Source: Glaucostegus cemiculus (lineage: Eukaryota). From it: a stretch of 64,000 bases of DNA. The position numbers and the translations under genes were made by a program. Positions 25,750-38,600 of this stretch are shown here, in pieces (position 1 is the first letter of the stretch; every line of letters starts with the position of its first letter). The stretch covers positions 1,674,001-1,738,000 of the forward strand of contig CDPCPM010000367.1 in NCBI GenBank assembly GCA_976551045.1. Reading direction: 5' to 3'. A model generated the notes under the pieces. That model worked only from the letters and a program-made list of their open reading frames with translations. It ran no database searches and had not been told where the DNA came from.

Positions 25750-26230
25750 TAAAAGCAAAAGAAGGAATGCTCAAAATACTCAGCAAGTCGGCCAGCAACT
25801 ATGGAGAGAGAAATGGAGCAAACGTTTTGGGTCAACAAGTTTTAAAATGTAAAACAAGGGGGGAAGGAAAGAGAGAACAAGAAGGCAGGTCTGTGAAAGG
25901 GCAGCAGGCAAGAGAGGTTAACCTATAAAAGGGACGACAGAAGGAAGGTGAAAATGGGACAAGTTAAGGAGCAGGAGGTCAATCTAAAGGATGTGTAAAT
26001 GGGGGAGCAGAATCATTATTTGTGGTTGCTCAAGGAAAAGACTATGAATGCTAGAAATCTGAAATTAAGTCAAATAAAAATTCTTATTATCTGCAATTGT
26101 TGAACTGTGTAGTGTGCCTGCTTAGAAGATGGGGTGCTGTTCCTCAAGCTAGCTCCGCCTTCACTGGAACAGTTCAGGAGGCCAGGGACAGAAGGAGGAG
26201 CAGAATGAAAAATTAAATTGACAGGTTACT
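25750..26230 (-). mobile_element. Old Penelope-like 3' fragment
   Basis: Antisense LEEQHPIF motif at about 26125-26150 plus a terminal-repeat arm at 25760-25840. Segment 25906-26018 is duplicated at 24385-24497. Confidence 0.7.
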
Positions 26231-27859
26231 TGATGCGTAGGTTTACATTTGCTCTGGTCACATTTGCTATGCTTGCTTCCTGCTTGGTAAAATAAACAGA
26301 TAAAATTGTACTATACAGTATAGGGAATATCATTATCAAATCAAGAGGTGCAATACTTGCTATGATTTTCAGCCTGACTAAAGTTCAGTTCCTTACCCTC
26401 TATGCATTTGACAGATTGGATTCAACATGAGGGGATCCAGAGAATACATTATAAGCTTTGGCCAAAACATGAAGAGATACTGTACCAATTCAGTCCCAAC
26501 ACAAAATATATCAAAGTTCTCCTTTTAATTCAGATGAAGCTTCAGATAAAATGGAACATAAATCACAGCTGACAATAAACAACCCAAAATAGTGCATCTT
26601 TCTTTTTCGGATAAACACAGTATGAATTATATGTCTTAATCAGGATTGCTATGGACCAAAAGTTGTGAAGTGGGAATAGGCTGGATGTTGTTTGTTGGCT
26701 TGCAAAGACATGATGGGATAAATGACCTCCCACTATGTATAATCTTCAATGAATTCAATAAAACTATCAATGAAATGTGCACCAATGTTGCATTATTGTC
26801 TTTGTTCTACTATTACCAACAAAATGTCATCAGATATATTATCAAACATAGAGCTTAATAAGTATTTTAAACCAATTCAGACAACTATTTTGAAAGATTT
26901 GTGTTACTTATTGATACATACCATCAATGACATAGAACATTTCTGGCACCCATGGGCCAAGTCAGATTGTCAGTTAACCTTGACCCACTTCTGTGAGAAA
27001 TAGAGTCCTATCACTCAAACCCACTGCATTCATTAGAACTCGGCAGTACTGGTTTTTCAGAATGTATATTAAATCCCTATTGTACAAAGCTGCCCTTGAA
27101 ATTTCTGCCTTTGTACAAATCACATTCTAACTAAACTATAAGTGAAATACTGAATGGTAGCCATGATTATTTGATGGACAGTTCATTCAAGATGCTTTTT
27201 ACAAAGCAATCTCTGCCTTATTCAAGAGTAAGTAGAGAAACATGAAGGCAGCGGGAGTAGAAATTGTCAGGGCACTGAACAATGTTTGATTGATTTTCCA
27301 AGACAAAATACAATAGCAACAGCATTCACAGATAACAATCTGCTGGAGTCTGGTTAATAATATTCTGATTTTACAACTCCGCTGAAAAGTATCTATCAGT
27401 CTGAAATATCCAGAGTATTGATACCACATTACTTTGCTAATGGTTTAAAGCTGTGCTTAAAAATTGACTTTTTTTTTGGAAAATGTAACAAGTGACTAAA
27501 TGCCTTACATTAATCTTGATTCAAAAAAAGGATTTTATTCCTTCCCTTTATTTTACACAGATTCCAAGATAAACCCTTGTACTATTTTGAGATGACATTC
27601 GCAGAAATTAAATTTTAAAGAACAAGCTTAGTAAAGGTTTCAAGTTTGAGGATTAAAGGATTGTGCCAATCTGAGAAGCATGTCTATTCCCTACACACAC
27701 TCCTCTCAAAAAAATTACATCCAATACTCAAGGAAAATCATTTCTCTGTTTTACAGGTTGTAGTTCCAATAAAGTGAGAGGTAAATGGTCCAATCCTTTT
27801 TTGATGGAACATAATGAAGAGAAAAAAAAAAACATCTTTTTGCAGATGCTTTATTTTAG

Positions 27860-28440
27860 GGCTTCAGCATTAGGTAGATAAAGTGACTGGCCAGGTGTTT
27901 GTTAGAACAGTTAAATTTAGAGTTAACAAAAGCATGGATGAGGGTTGCAGTTAAGTTGATGGAGGGGTGTAATCAGTTATAGAGATGGAAATAGGTGGTC
28001 CTACTGATGACACAATGGTTGGAAGCTCATTTCATGGTCAAAGATGGAATGAAGGTTGTGAATAAACTGTTCCCAGGGAGATGTTGGAGTTACTGGTTTT
28101 GCATTTCCTATTATTTAGTTAGCATCCTGTAGAGAATGTTTGACAAGCAGTGAAGAGGTGCTGGTGAGGTAAAGAGGGGCAGTACCAAAGGATTGCTCAG
28201 GTGAGAGTACATTGGGAATTTGGTGCAATGTTTTTCAATGATGTTGCCATGGGACAGCATGCAAGTAAGAAAGAGAAGGGGATGAAGGTTAAAGATAAAA
28301 TTGCAGGTGTTAGAACAGAAGCCATTGCAAGAATCTGAGTGGTGATGGTGATAAATCAGAATGCACCGAGCTGAATAAAAACAATGGAGGAGGATTGTCT
28401 GGTCAACTGTATAAAAATACAATAGAAGATCTGTAACCCA
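27860..28440 (-). mobile_element. Old L2-like LINE fragment
   Basis: Purine-rich decayed sequence with motifs resembling antisense fish/shark L2 RT. Confidence 0.5.
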
Positions 28441-28759
28441 ACCCAAGCTGGACTTAACAGATGTTGGTTAATCAAGAGTTAACCAGGTGCCCCTTCAGTG
28501 CCATTCCTCAATAACCTGAGTGCCCTGTCACTACTGTCCCTTGATCAGTCGAAGGGCTCCTTTGGTGCTGCCCCCTGCTAGCTCAGGGGCCTCTACCAAA
28601 TTACCAGTCACTGAAGTGTACCAAATTGTAAAATATAGGATAAACAAAAGTTTGTACTATAATCACACATTTCTGGTTTTGGTGTACAGGTAGCGCTATT
28701 TATAATTGTCCCAAGTTTTCTTACAAAAAAATTACAAAGGGTTTAATAACCTTCTTGGA

Positions 28760-29168
28760 TATTCTCAGCGAGATATGGGAAGAAAAGAGGATTAGTTAAG
28801 ACAAATGGGTCCCTTAAAGGCAGATTTCGCAGAGTTTATAATGGAGAACAAGAAAATGGCGGAGTAGTTAAGTACATGCTTATGTTCTGTTTTCACAATA
28901 AGGAACACAAATAATCTCCTAGAAAAGTTGTGGAACATAGAGTTTAGTAAGAGAGAGAATGTGAATGAAATCAGTATCAGTAGGGAAATTGTGTCTGTAT
29001 AACTGATGGGATTAAAGGCCAAGAAATCCCCAAGGCCTAATAATTTACATCCCAGAGTACTTAAGGAAGTGGTTCTGAAAATAATATATGCATTACCAGA
29101 CATTTTCCAAAATTCTACGGACACTAGACCAGATCCAATGGATTGGACAAAAGCAAGTGTAATCCCAA
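28760..29168 (+). mobile_element. CR1 internal fragment
   Basis: LMGLKAKKSPRPNNLHPRVLKEV...IFQNS, homologous to ORF 35840-36745. Confidence 0.85.
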
Positions 29169-30799
29169 AAGTGATAACTCAAGAATTGCATAAGAACTTC
29201 AACATACTTGCCATCCCTTCATTTTTTGTTCAAGATTCTTACATTCCTCTGAAATCAAGAAAAACAAGGAAAAATTCCAACCACAATTTACAATACCTCA
29301 TGGATATTTATCATCTGAGAGATATCCTGAGAAGCAGTAGCACTGCAAGTGGAAGAAAAACGTTCTTTGTCAATCCATTCGCAGAAAGAGTGATAACAGG
29401 TTAAATGTTTTATTTTCACTGCTCAAGATGCAGCACTATTAACAATGGAATGACACTTAATATAAAAATGTGCTATGGTATTTTAGTTTGCATAAGAAAG
29501 ACTTGTGAAAAGGATTGATTGCCCCATTCTGCTTAATGGATTGAAGAGAGGGGAGTAAAAGTTATATCAGAACAGAAATTGGACTGGCAGATTTAGCTGC
29601 AGTGTAACTGGCTCTAATCTTTGGTACCATGGCAACAATGGCAATTATAGATGAATTAATCTCCCACTCTTTGAATAGACACTTGTCTTACACATTTTTT
29701 AGTGTGTGCCCTACTGTTTCCAACAATTCTTAGAACCTTTTAAACTCCCACAGCCCACCAAATTAAATATCAACTTTATGAAGTTCAAGGATGACATCTC
29801 CAGGGGTCAACCTGTGTTGGTTGTAGAGCGCATCAGCAACACTCCTGTCTCTCCATCATTAAGTAATGCTGGAACCAAACTACAGGAAAAACCTAGGCTC
29901 CTCCAATAAACCAGCAGGTTGCTAAAAGGACACCACTAACCACAAGTCAATAGAAAAGTTTATTATTAGCTTCCCAACACTGATCTTCAGGTCCAGTCCT
30001 TGATCTATGTCAGAAAGTCCACAGGTACTTAACACCAGAATCTACCTTTTATATAAAAAAAATGTGTATGTGAACTAGAATACTAGTGCTCTCCCCTCCT
30101 CCTGACAGATATTGATGTTTCACTTTCTAACTGAGTGAATACCAGGATTTCCCTTGATATATGGCAAAACCCCAATCATCCACTATTCCATTATTCAGCC
30201 ATCCCAACTTGGCTCACTGGGTCTCTACATCCCACAGTCTCTTTGAACTCACTGGGGCGCCTTTTCCTATTTACTACCATGTAACACCTAAAGGCAGTGA
30301 ATTAGAAGTGTACTTGGGTATTAGTCGGAGTAATACCCAGTATTCCAGAAAATCTGCCTGTCCATCTGCAACAAATTGCCAAGGATGTCAGACTATTGGA
30401 TTTTACTATAACTGTTCTCAATGAGCTCGCACTCCTTCTGATTACCTTGCTGATAAGAGGCATCAGCACCAAGTTAGTATGTCCCAATCTCAGCTAGTTT
30501 AGCTGAAATTGGGAACAACATGCAGGGATCCATAGGCACAGAACATTGAATTACATTCCACAATGTTTTACTCATTTTGAAAACTGAATTTTCAGGTTTA
30601 TCCTGCGATACAAGTGCTTAAAGACTAATGATTTACAGTAACTGAAATCTGGCAGAAACTTGCCTTTGGCAAACCATTAGGTAAACAGCAAAGCAAAAAG
30701 TGATAATTCATTGAATCATACAGCATGGGTGCTTTACAGAGATCTTTGGAGAAGTGGTGCGGAGCTTGTTACTGAATCCAGTCCTGCATCACCACAGTA

Positions 30800-31048
30800 C
30801 ATAGATAGATAGATATCTTTTTTAGTCACATGTACATCAAAACACACAGTGAAATGCATCTTTGGCGTAGAGTGTTCTGGGGGCAGCCCACAAGTGTCGC
30901 CACGTTTCCAGCACCAACATAGCAGGCCCACGGATCCTAACCCATACATCTTTGGGATGTGGGAGGAAACCAGATCACCCGGAGGAAACCCATGCAGACA
31001 TGGGGAGAACGTACAGGGCGGCGGGAATTGAACCCGGGTCACTGGCTA
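30800..31048 (-). mobile_element. V-SINE (Rex-like tail family)
   Basis: Same head, core and tail as 7341-7601. Confidence 0.9.
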
Positions 31049-31837
31049 ACCACTTCACTACTGTGCCTGTCAAGAAGTTCAAGTTACACCATTCATTTGA
31101 ATAAGACTAAGGTAAACTATGGCAATTTGTGGGCAATACCATGGATAACAGATAATGATGATCATTTCTAAATTATGCACGTGACTGCTGTTCACAAGCT
31201 CCACACCAAAGCATTTTCAGTCATTAACTGTCAGTCAGTTGTACCTCCTCAGCTGATCATGTTTTGTCAATGTTTAGCTTGGTTGTCAGGGACTTTCTCT
31301 CACAGGGGAGGAAGCATTGTCATCATTTGTCCCTGTTAAATTGTACTTCCCATTAATTGTACAACATTGACAACATCAATGGACAATTTTCACAGCCCCA
31401 ATAATGCAACTGGGAGGAGGCAGCCAGCATGAAATGCCAGATAAAGTTTACTCTTAATGCATATTGCTGCATACTACTTGGCCATTTGTCTGCCCATATA
31501 CTGCTCCATCCCGATAAAATATTCACAACCAAGACATTGCAACTAATCAGGAGTGAGTTACTTACCAGATGGATGAAAAACAGAGCAACATCCCTTACTT
31601 TGCAAGCTACATCAGCCTGTTCATCATCTCACTTCATTTTTCTGCTTCTTTTCTGCATTGCACCCTTTGTGGCCAATTCCAATTACCCTGACTGATTGTC
31701 TTCAGGTCTGTACATTTTATTGCCTTTTTAGGATTCCAATCCTGTGTTTAAAGCTCATGTACCTTTTTTTTGACTGATGGAGAAATAAAATAAACTGACA
31801 TTTTAAAACAAAACTCTACTTTTCCCAGTAGTAATTC

Positions 31838-32452
31838 TTAAAATACTTCTGATAAAGGGGCAAAATCTGATAAAGAAATAGAAACCTTCTCATCTAAATG
31901 ACAGAAAGCGTCAATTAATGCAATGTTGGTATCTTGTAACATGGTTTTCACATTCGATTGCAGGCATCTGTTATGTGAAACATTAGGCGCAGCTTTGGTA
32001 ATCACGTACTTTAGGTCACAATGTTGTACGACAAATTCACTGCAAATGTCATCAGTAAGACTCAAAGGGTGGCAGTCAATTATATAGTGGATAAGAAAAA
32101 TATCTTGAATGATAGTATTCCAATAAGGACTCACTTTTTAAAAATTTGAATGACAATCCCTTGATAGAGTTTCCAATTCCTGGTGCCAATATTAAGTCGA
32201 AGTTTTTTTCATCCAGCAGAAGAAAATCAAATAGCTCATTAATGTCATGTCCAGGGAAATCAGTTCTCCGGGGAATATTTCTTCCAAAGAAGTCCAAGTT
32301 AGGAAGAAGGTGTATGTGTATCCAAATAAATCAGAAAAAGCATCAATGATGTCAAACAATGAATTCTTTGGGGAATTACTTTCGCATTCTAAATATCTTC
32401 TGGAGAGCAAGTGAAAAGTTTCAATAAAATATTCATCCAAATAATTCAAGGT
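31838..32452 (-). pseudogene. Orphan frameshifted coding-like block of unknown origin
   Basis: Three overlapping minus-strand ORFs tile about 615 bp of AT-rich DNA with D/E/L/F/I-rich, protein-like composition. No family recognised. Confidence 0.35.
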
Positions 32453-32654
32453 CTGCAGACATCAAAGCTACACGTGATATATAAAACTACTTTTTCTTTT
32501 AACATTGATAACAGGAATTTCTCTTATAGAGGTCTTACAGAGTATACAATGCACACAAGCAAAATCCATATATGAATTTATTTTTCTGAAAACAGCTAGT
32601 AGCTAGAGAGTGGGTGCAGTTTATGTCAAATCCTTTAGTGCTTATCACACAGCT

Positions 32655-33790
32655 CATGCCTTCCTTCTTAGGCAGTCATTGGTATCAAGGATGATTTGCT
32701 TCCACTCTGATTCTGCGGGTCCTGAGGTGGCTGATCAGGCCAATGTGGGACCTCGGACTCTGCCTCAGGCGGAGTATGAAATGTTTTATGGACCAGTCAC
32801 CTGGGATTGATACGCTCCTGCCTGTGCAAGTGTTTTCTCCCAATGAACTGATTAGAGGTTTTCAGTGCCATCCTGAATGCCCCTTCTCCACTTTGAGTGG
32901 TCATGGGCCAGGAATTCCCATGAATCAGTGGGGATGTGCCCCTTTTTCAAGGAGGCTCTGAAAATTTACTTGAATCTTTTCCTCTGTCACCTGGTATAAT
33001 CTCTTGCTGCACTGGAACTCAGAAAAGAGTGCCTTTTTCAGGAGTCTAATGTTGGTCACCAAACAACACGGACTGCCCACTGGGATTAATTGAGTGCAAT
33101 CAGGCCTCAGTATTTGGAATGTCAGTCTGAGAGAGGACATAGACACTTGTTCATTTTTCCTGCCAATGGATTTAGCAATACTTCTTCAGTGTTTTGAAGT
33201 GCCTGCTGTGGATAGTCCTTGATTCAGAAGAATATAGGATGACAGAGCTTAGTATTGCCTTGTAGACCATGGGTTTGAGGCCTTGATATTCGAACTTTCT
33301 TTTCCTCAGACAATCAAACACTACTCTGGAGTACTGAAGGTGATGGGAAGTGTCTTGCAACAGTAGTCTGACCATCATTGGAAACTGCCCACTGAGGCAA
33401 AAAGAAGCTGTGAGGCTTGTCTGGTATAATGTCTGTAGTAACAACTTGTCAGAGACTGCTCATGCAATTGGTAGTCTAATAACAGTCCCCTCAGCTTGTG
33501 TTGCTTGTCGGTTCAGAGCTGAATTTTGCTCAATTTGTATCTAATGCTGGAAAACTTATCCCATAGCTTACTTCCAATTTGAAATGACAGTATGAGAAAT
33601 CAATGAACAAATGCAACTTACAAGGCCTGGATACAACCTTATCTATTTAATCTCATCAATTTGGAGGAGGTGATTATTATGTGGAACACAAAAGGTTGGC
33701 AGAACCACTGGATTCAACAGAGACAAGACGAATCTGATCCGTCCAGCTCTCCAGGTCCCCCTCACTAATGTTCACCTACAAGTGCTCTCC
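32655..33790 (-). mobile_element. Old RTE-clade (BovB-like) LINE 3' fragment
   Basis: KPMVYKAILSSVILYSSES.TIHSRHFK.L.KY matches the RTE thumb region. 3' end reads GGCAGTC...GGATGATTTGCTTCCAC on the + strand. Confidence 0.75.
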
Positions 33791-34283
33791 CACGGAGTCA
33801 TCATGCTAACAAAATCTTACCTTTCATCCAACAACTCAGCTCTGCCTTCAATACAATAATTCCAAACAAGCTTGTCACCAAACTCCGAGACCTAGGACTC
33901 AGCACCTTCCTCTGTAACTGGATCCTTGACTTCCTAACAAACAGACTGCAATCAGTGAGGATAGGCAGCAACACGATTATTCTCAACACTGGTGCCCAAC
34001 AAGTCTGCGTCCTCAGCCCTCTACTCTACTCCCTATATACTCATGACTGTGTGGCCAGATTCTAATCTAACTCCATCTACAAGTCTGCAGATGATACCAC
34101 GTTGTAAGCCATACCTCCAACAGCTATGAGTTGGAGTACAGGAAGGAGTTAGAGAGCTTAGTGGAATGGTGTCATGACAACAACCTTTTCCCTCAATGTC
34201 AACAAAACAAAAGGGTTGGTCATTAACTTCATGAAAGAAGGTGGTGTACATGCACCTGTCTACATCAATGGTGCCGAGGTCGA

Positions 34284-34992
34284 AAACATAGAACATAGAT
34301 ACCTACAGCACAATTCAGGCCCTTCGGCCCACAAAGCTGTGCCGAACATGTCCCCACACTATTAGGCTTACCCATAGCCTTCTACCTTATGTACTTATCC
34401 AACAGTCTCTTGAAAGACCCTATCATATCTGCCTCCACCACCATTTCCGGCAGCTTATTCCACGCACTCACCACTCTCTGAGTAAAAAACATACCCCTAA
34501 CATCTCCCCTATATCTTCACCCCAGCACCTTAAACCCATGTCCTCTTGTGGCCACCATTTCAGCCCTGGGGAAAAGCCTCCGACTATCTACCCTATCCAT
34601 ACCTCTCATCATCTTATACACTTCAATCAGGTCCACCTTCATCCTCCTTCTCTCCAAGGAGAAAAGGCCGAGTTCCCGCAGCCTGCTCTCATAAGGCATG
34701 CTCCTCATTCCAGGCAGCATCCTCGTAAACCTCCTCTGCACCCTCTCTATAGCTTCCACATCCTTCCTGTAGTGAGGCGACCAGAACTGAACACAATACT
34801 CCAGGTAGGGTCTGACCAGGGACCTATACAACTGAAGCAATACCTCCCGACTCCCAAATTCAATCCCTCGACCGATGAAGGACAATACACCATACGCCTT
34901 CCTAACCACGGAGTCAACCTGCGCAGCTGCCTTGAGCGTCCTATGGACTCAGACCCCAAGATCCCTCTGATCATCTGATCTGATCCCTCTAA
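34284..34992 (-). mobile_element. CR1 3' fragment nested in Rex1/Babar
   Basis: ORF 34517-34909 LYRSLVRPYLEYCVQFWSPHYRKD..., with an (AACATAG)n tail at about 34285. Confidence 0.95.
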
Positions 34993-35413
34993 GAGGGTTG
35001 AGAGCTTCAAGTTCCTGGGTGTGAACATCACCAACAGCCTGTCCCGATCAAACCACGCAGATGGCACAGCCAAGAAAGCTCACCAGCACCTTTACTTCCT
35101 CAGGAGGCTAAAGAAATTTGGTTTGTCTCCTTTAACTCTCACCAACTTTTACCAATGCAGCATAGAAACCACTATGTGGTTGTATCACAGCAACTGCTCT
35201 GCCCAGGACAGCAAGAAGCTGCAGAGAGTTGTGGACACAGCCCAGTGCAGCACAGACACCAGCGTCCCTTCCTTGGACTCTGTCTTTACCTCTCGTTATC
35301 TTGGTGAAGCAGCCAGCATTATCAAAGACCCCACCCATCCAGGACATTCTCTCCTCTCTCCTCTTCCATCGGGTAGAAGATACAGGTGCGTGAGGGCACG
35401 CACCACCAGACTT

Positions 35414-37612
35414 GGATGAGAGAAGAGTTGGCCCAGATTGATTGGAAATATAAGCTTGCTGGAGGGATGGCAGAACATAAATGGGTGGAATTTAAGCAAG
35501 TAATAAGGAAAATGCAGGATAGACACATTCCAAAAAAAAAGGTTTTAAATGGAAAAAGGGCACAAATGTGGATAACGAGAGAGGTGAAAGCTAAAATAAG
35601 AGCAAAGGGGAGGGCATATAAGGAAGCAAGAAAAAGCGGGAAAACAGTAGACTGGGAAACTTTTAAGAACCTACAGAAAGAAACTAAGAAGGTCATTAGA
35701 AAAGAAAAGAGAAATTATGAAATGAAATTGGCAGAGAACATTCAAAAGGATACTAAGAGTTTTTTTTAAATATATAAGAAGTAAAAGAGAGACGCGGGTT
35801 GATATAGGACCGATAGAAAATGATGCAGGAGAGATTATTATGGATGATAAAGAGATGGCGGAGGTGCTAAATCAGTATTTTGCGTCGGTCTTCACGGTGG
35901 AAGATATTAACAATATACCAGTTAGTCAAGGGTCTCGAGGGACGGAATTAAGTACAGTTAAGGTTACTAGAGAGAATGTGTTGGGGAAGCTGAATGGGTT
36001 AAAGACTGATAAGTCTCCGGGACCAGATGAGATACATCCCCGTGTACTGAAGGAAATAGCTTTAGAAATAGTGGAGGCATTAGTGATAATTTTTCAGGAA
36101 TCGATAGACGCTGGAGAGGTTCTGGAGGACTGGAGGGTCGCGAATGTAGTTCCATTGTATAAGAAAGGTGCGAGACAGCACAAAGGAAATTACAGACCTA
36201 TCAGTCTTACGTCTGTGGTGGGGAAGATACTAGAATCGATCCTCAAGGACGAGGTGATGGGATGCATGGAGGTGCAAGGCAAGATAGGTCCTAGTCAACA
36301 TGGGTTCATGAAGGGAAGATCCTGCCTGACCAATTTATTGGAGTTTTTTGAAGAAATCCCAGGCAGGGTGGACAAGGGAGAGGCCGTAGATGTAGTGTAT
36401 TTAGACTTTCAGAAGGCATTCGACAAGGTGCCGCACAAAAGACTAATTAGTAAGATGAGAGATCACGGAATAACAGGCAGGATAACAGAATGGGTGGAGC
36501 ATTGGCTGGATGGCAGGAAACAGAGGGTGGGAATAAAAGGTTCCTGTTCTGGTTGGCTGCCGGTTACTAGTGGTGTTCCGCAGGGGTCGGTGTTGGGGCC
36601 CCTTCTTTTTACCTTGTATATTAATGATTTAGACGAAGGAGTTAATGGGTTTGTGGCCAAGTTTGCAGATGACACTAAGATTGGGGGGGGGGAGTGGAGA
36701 GTATTGAGGAGACAGGAAAGTTACAGAGAGACTTGGATATTCTAGGAGAATGGGCGAAGAAATGGCAGATGAGGTTCAACGTGGAAAAATGTGCAGTTGT
36801 ACACTTCGGAAGTAGAAATGGACGGGCAGACTATTATCTAGAAGGAGATAAAATTGGAAGCACAGAAGTACAAAGGGACTTAGGGGTGCTCGTACAGGAT
36901 AACCTAAAGGTTAACTGCCAGGTTGGATCGGCAGTAAGGAAAGCGAATGCTATGTTGGCATTTATTTCGAGGGGTATAGTATATAAAAGCAAGGAAGTGT
37001 TGATGAGGCTATACGGGGCACTGGTGAGGCCTCACTTGGAGTACTGTGTGCAGTTTTGGGCCCCATACCTTAGGAAGGATGTGCTGATGTTGGAGAGGGT
37101 TCAGAGGAGATTTACTAGGATGATTCCTGGGATGAAAAAGTTTACATATGATGAGCGACTGTCATCACTTGGACTGTACTCGTTGGAGTACAGAAGAATG
37201 AGAGGGGACCTAATAGAAACGTAAAAGATGTTGAAAGGAATGGACAAAGTGAATGTGGTCAAGCTGTTTCCCTTGGTAGGGGAATCCAGGACTAGAGGAC
37301 ACAACCTTAGAATTAGAGGAAGCAGGTTCAAAACAGAGATAAGGAGGAATTTCTTTAGCCAGAGGGTGGTGAACCTGTGGAACTCCTTACCACAGAAAGC
37401 AGTGGAAGCCAGATCATTGGGGATATTCAAGAAGGAAATAGATAGATATCTAATTGGTCAAGGTATCAAGGGATATGGAGATAAGGCAGGGATTTGGACT
37501 TAGAATAGGTTTTATTTTCTCTTATCCTCTTTTTTCCCCACCCTCCCTTCCCTTTGGAGCAGACTCGATGGGCCGACTGGCCTGCTTCTGCTCCATTATC
37601 TTGTGATCTTGT
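35414..37612 (+). mobile_element. Young 5'-truncated CR1 LINE (2.2 kb) with near-intact RT
   Basis: ORFs 35386-35769, 35840-36745 (KFADD), 36694-37224 and 37228-37503 are broken only at a T8 run, a G10 run and one stop. (TCTTGTGA)n tail. Flanking GACTT duplication at 35409-13 and 37613-17. Confidence 0.97.
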
Positions 37613-38327
37613 GACTTAAGGACAGCTTCTACACTACTGTGATAAGACTATTGAACAGTTCCCTTATACAATGAGATGGACTATGACCTCATGATCTACC
37701 TTGTTGTGACCTTGCACCTTATTGCACTGCATTTTCTCTGTAGCTGTGACATTTTACTCTGTACTGTTACCGTTTTTACTGTACTACATCAATGCGCTTT
37801 GTACTAACAATGTAACTGCACTGTGTAATGAATTGACCTGTATGATTGGTTTGTAAGAAAAGCTTATCACTGTACCTCGGTACAAGTGACAATAATAAAC
37901 CAATACCGATACCAATACAACTGAAATTCCTCCATTGCTTTCACTGGATATGTCCTTTACCAACAGCAGCACAGAGCCACTGGAGGTAGAAGCATTCTGC
38001 TATTCAGGTTGATAGGGAGATATTTTTGAAGTCCTCATGGATTCCGTTATCATGTCACACAACACCACAGAAACCACCTGATGATAAACACTTCTACTGA
38101 TGTTCAATCCTCCTCCATGCTGAACACTACCCTTAGAAGATGTTCTGACCTAACCAAGTTCCTTCAATATTCTTCACAAAGAAGGGCTTTGATCCCAGAC
38201 TGTACCTAATGCAGGTGATGAGGGAACCTACTTAAGCCTATCCTACCAATTTACCTTTTGTACAGTGAAGGTATTGAGAGAAGTGTCAACGCACAATTCT
38301 TATGGAAATGAAAGATACACTCCAATG

Positions 38328-38600
38328 TAATGCTACTACAGTGCCAGCGACCCAGGTTCAATTCCTGTCACTATCTGTAGGGAGGTTGTACATTCTCCTC
38401 GTGTCTGTGTGGGTTTCCTCCGGGTGTTCCGGTTTCCTCCCACATTCCAAGAATGTACGGGTTAAGAAGTTGTGGGCATGCTATGTTGCTGCCAGAAGCA
38501 TGGCAACACTTGCAGGCTGCCCCCAGAACACTCTATGCAAAAGATGTATTTCATTGTGTTTCAATGTACACGTGATTAATAAAGATTTGTCTTATCTTCT
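38328..38600 (+). mobile_element. V-SINE (Rex-like tail family)
   Basis: GACCCAGGTTCAATTCC head, V core, tail ending AATAAAGATTTGTCTTATCT. Confidence 0.9.

Larger units (their letters stand above)
33800..37918 (+). mobile_element. Rex1/Babar LINE (RT to 3' end) split by two CR1 insertions
   Basis: [12 protein letters not shown]...LCNWILDFL...KSADDT (33830-34283), then VESFKFLGV...LYFLRRLKKF (34993-35413), then KDSFY plus 3' UTR (37613-37918). Confidence 0.92.

Noticed and set aside
30484-30514. Hairpin CCCAATCTCAGCTA-GTT-TAGCTGAAATTGGG
   Set aside because: Only 14 bp, and probably part of an old SINE remnant.
31566-31707. Coding exon ending CTG|GTAAGT
   Set aside because: Stops in all three frames; kept only within the non-coding exon-series finding.
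35840-36745. 301-aa reverse transcriptase ORF as a host gene or retron/DGR-like system
   Set aside because: Ordinary CR1 ORF2 fragment with a CR1 tail and flanking duplication.
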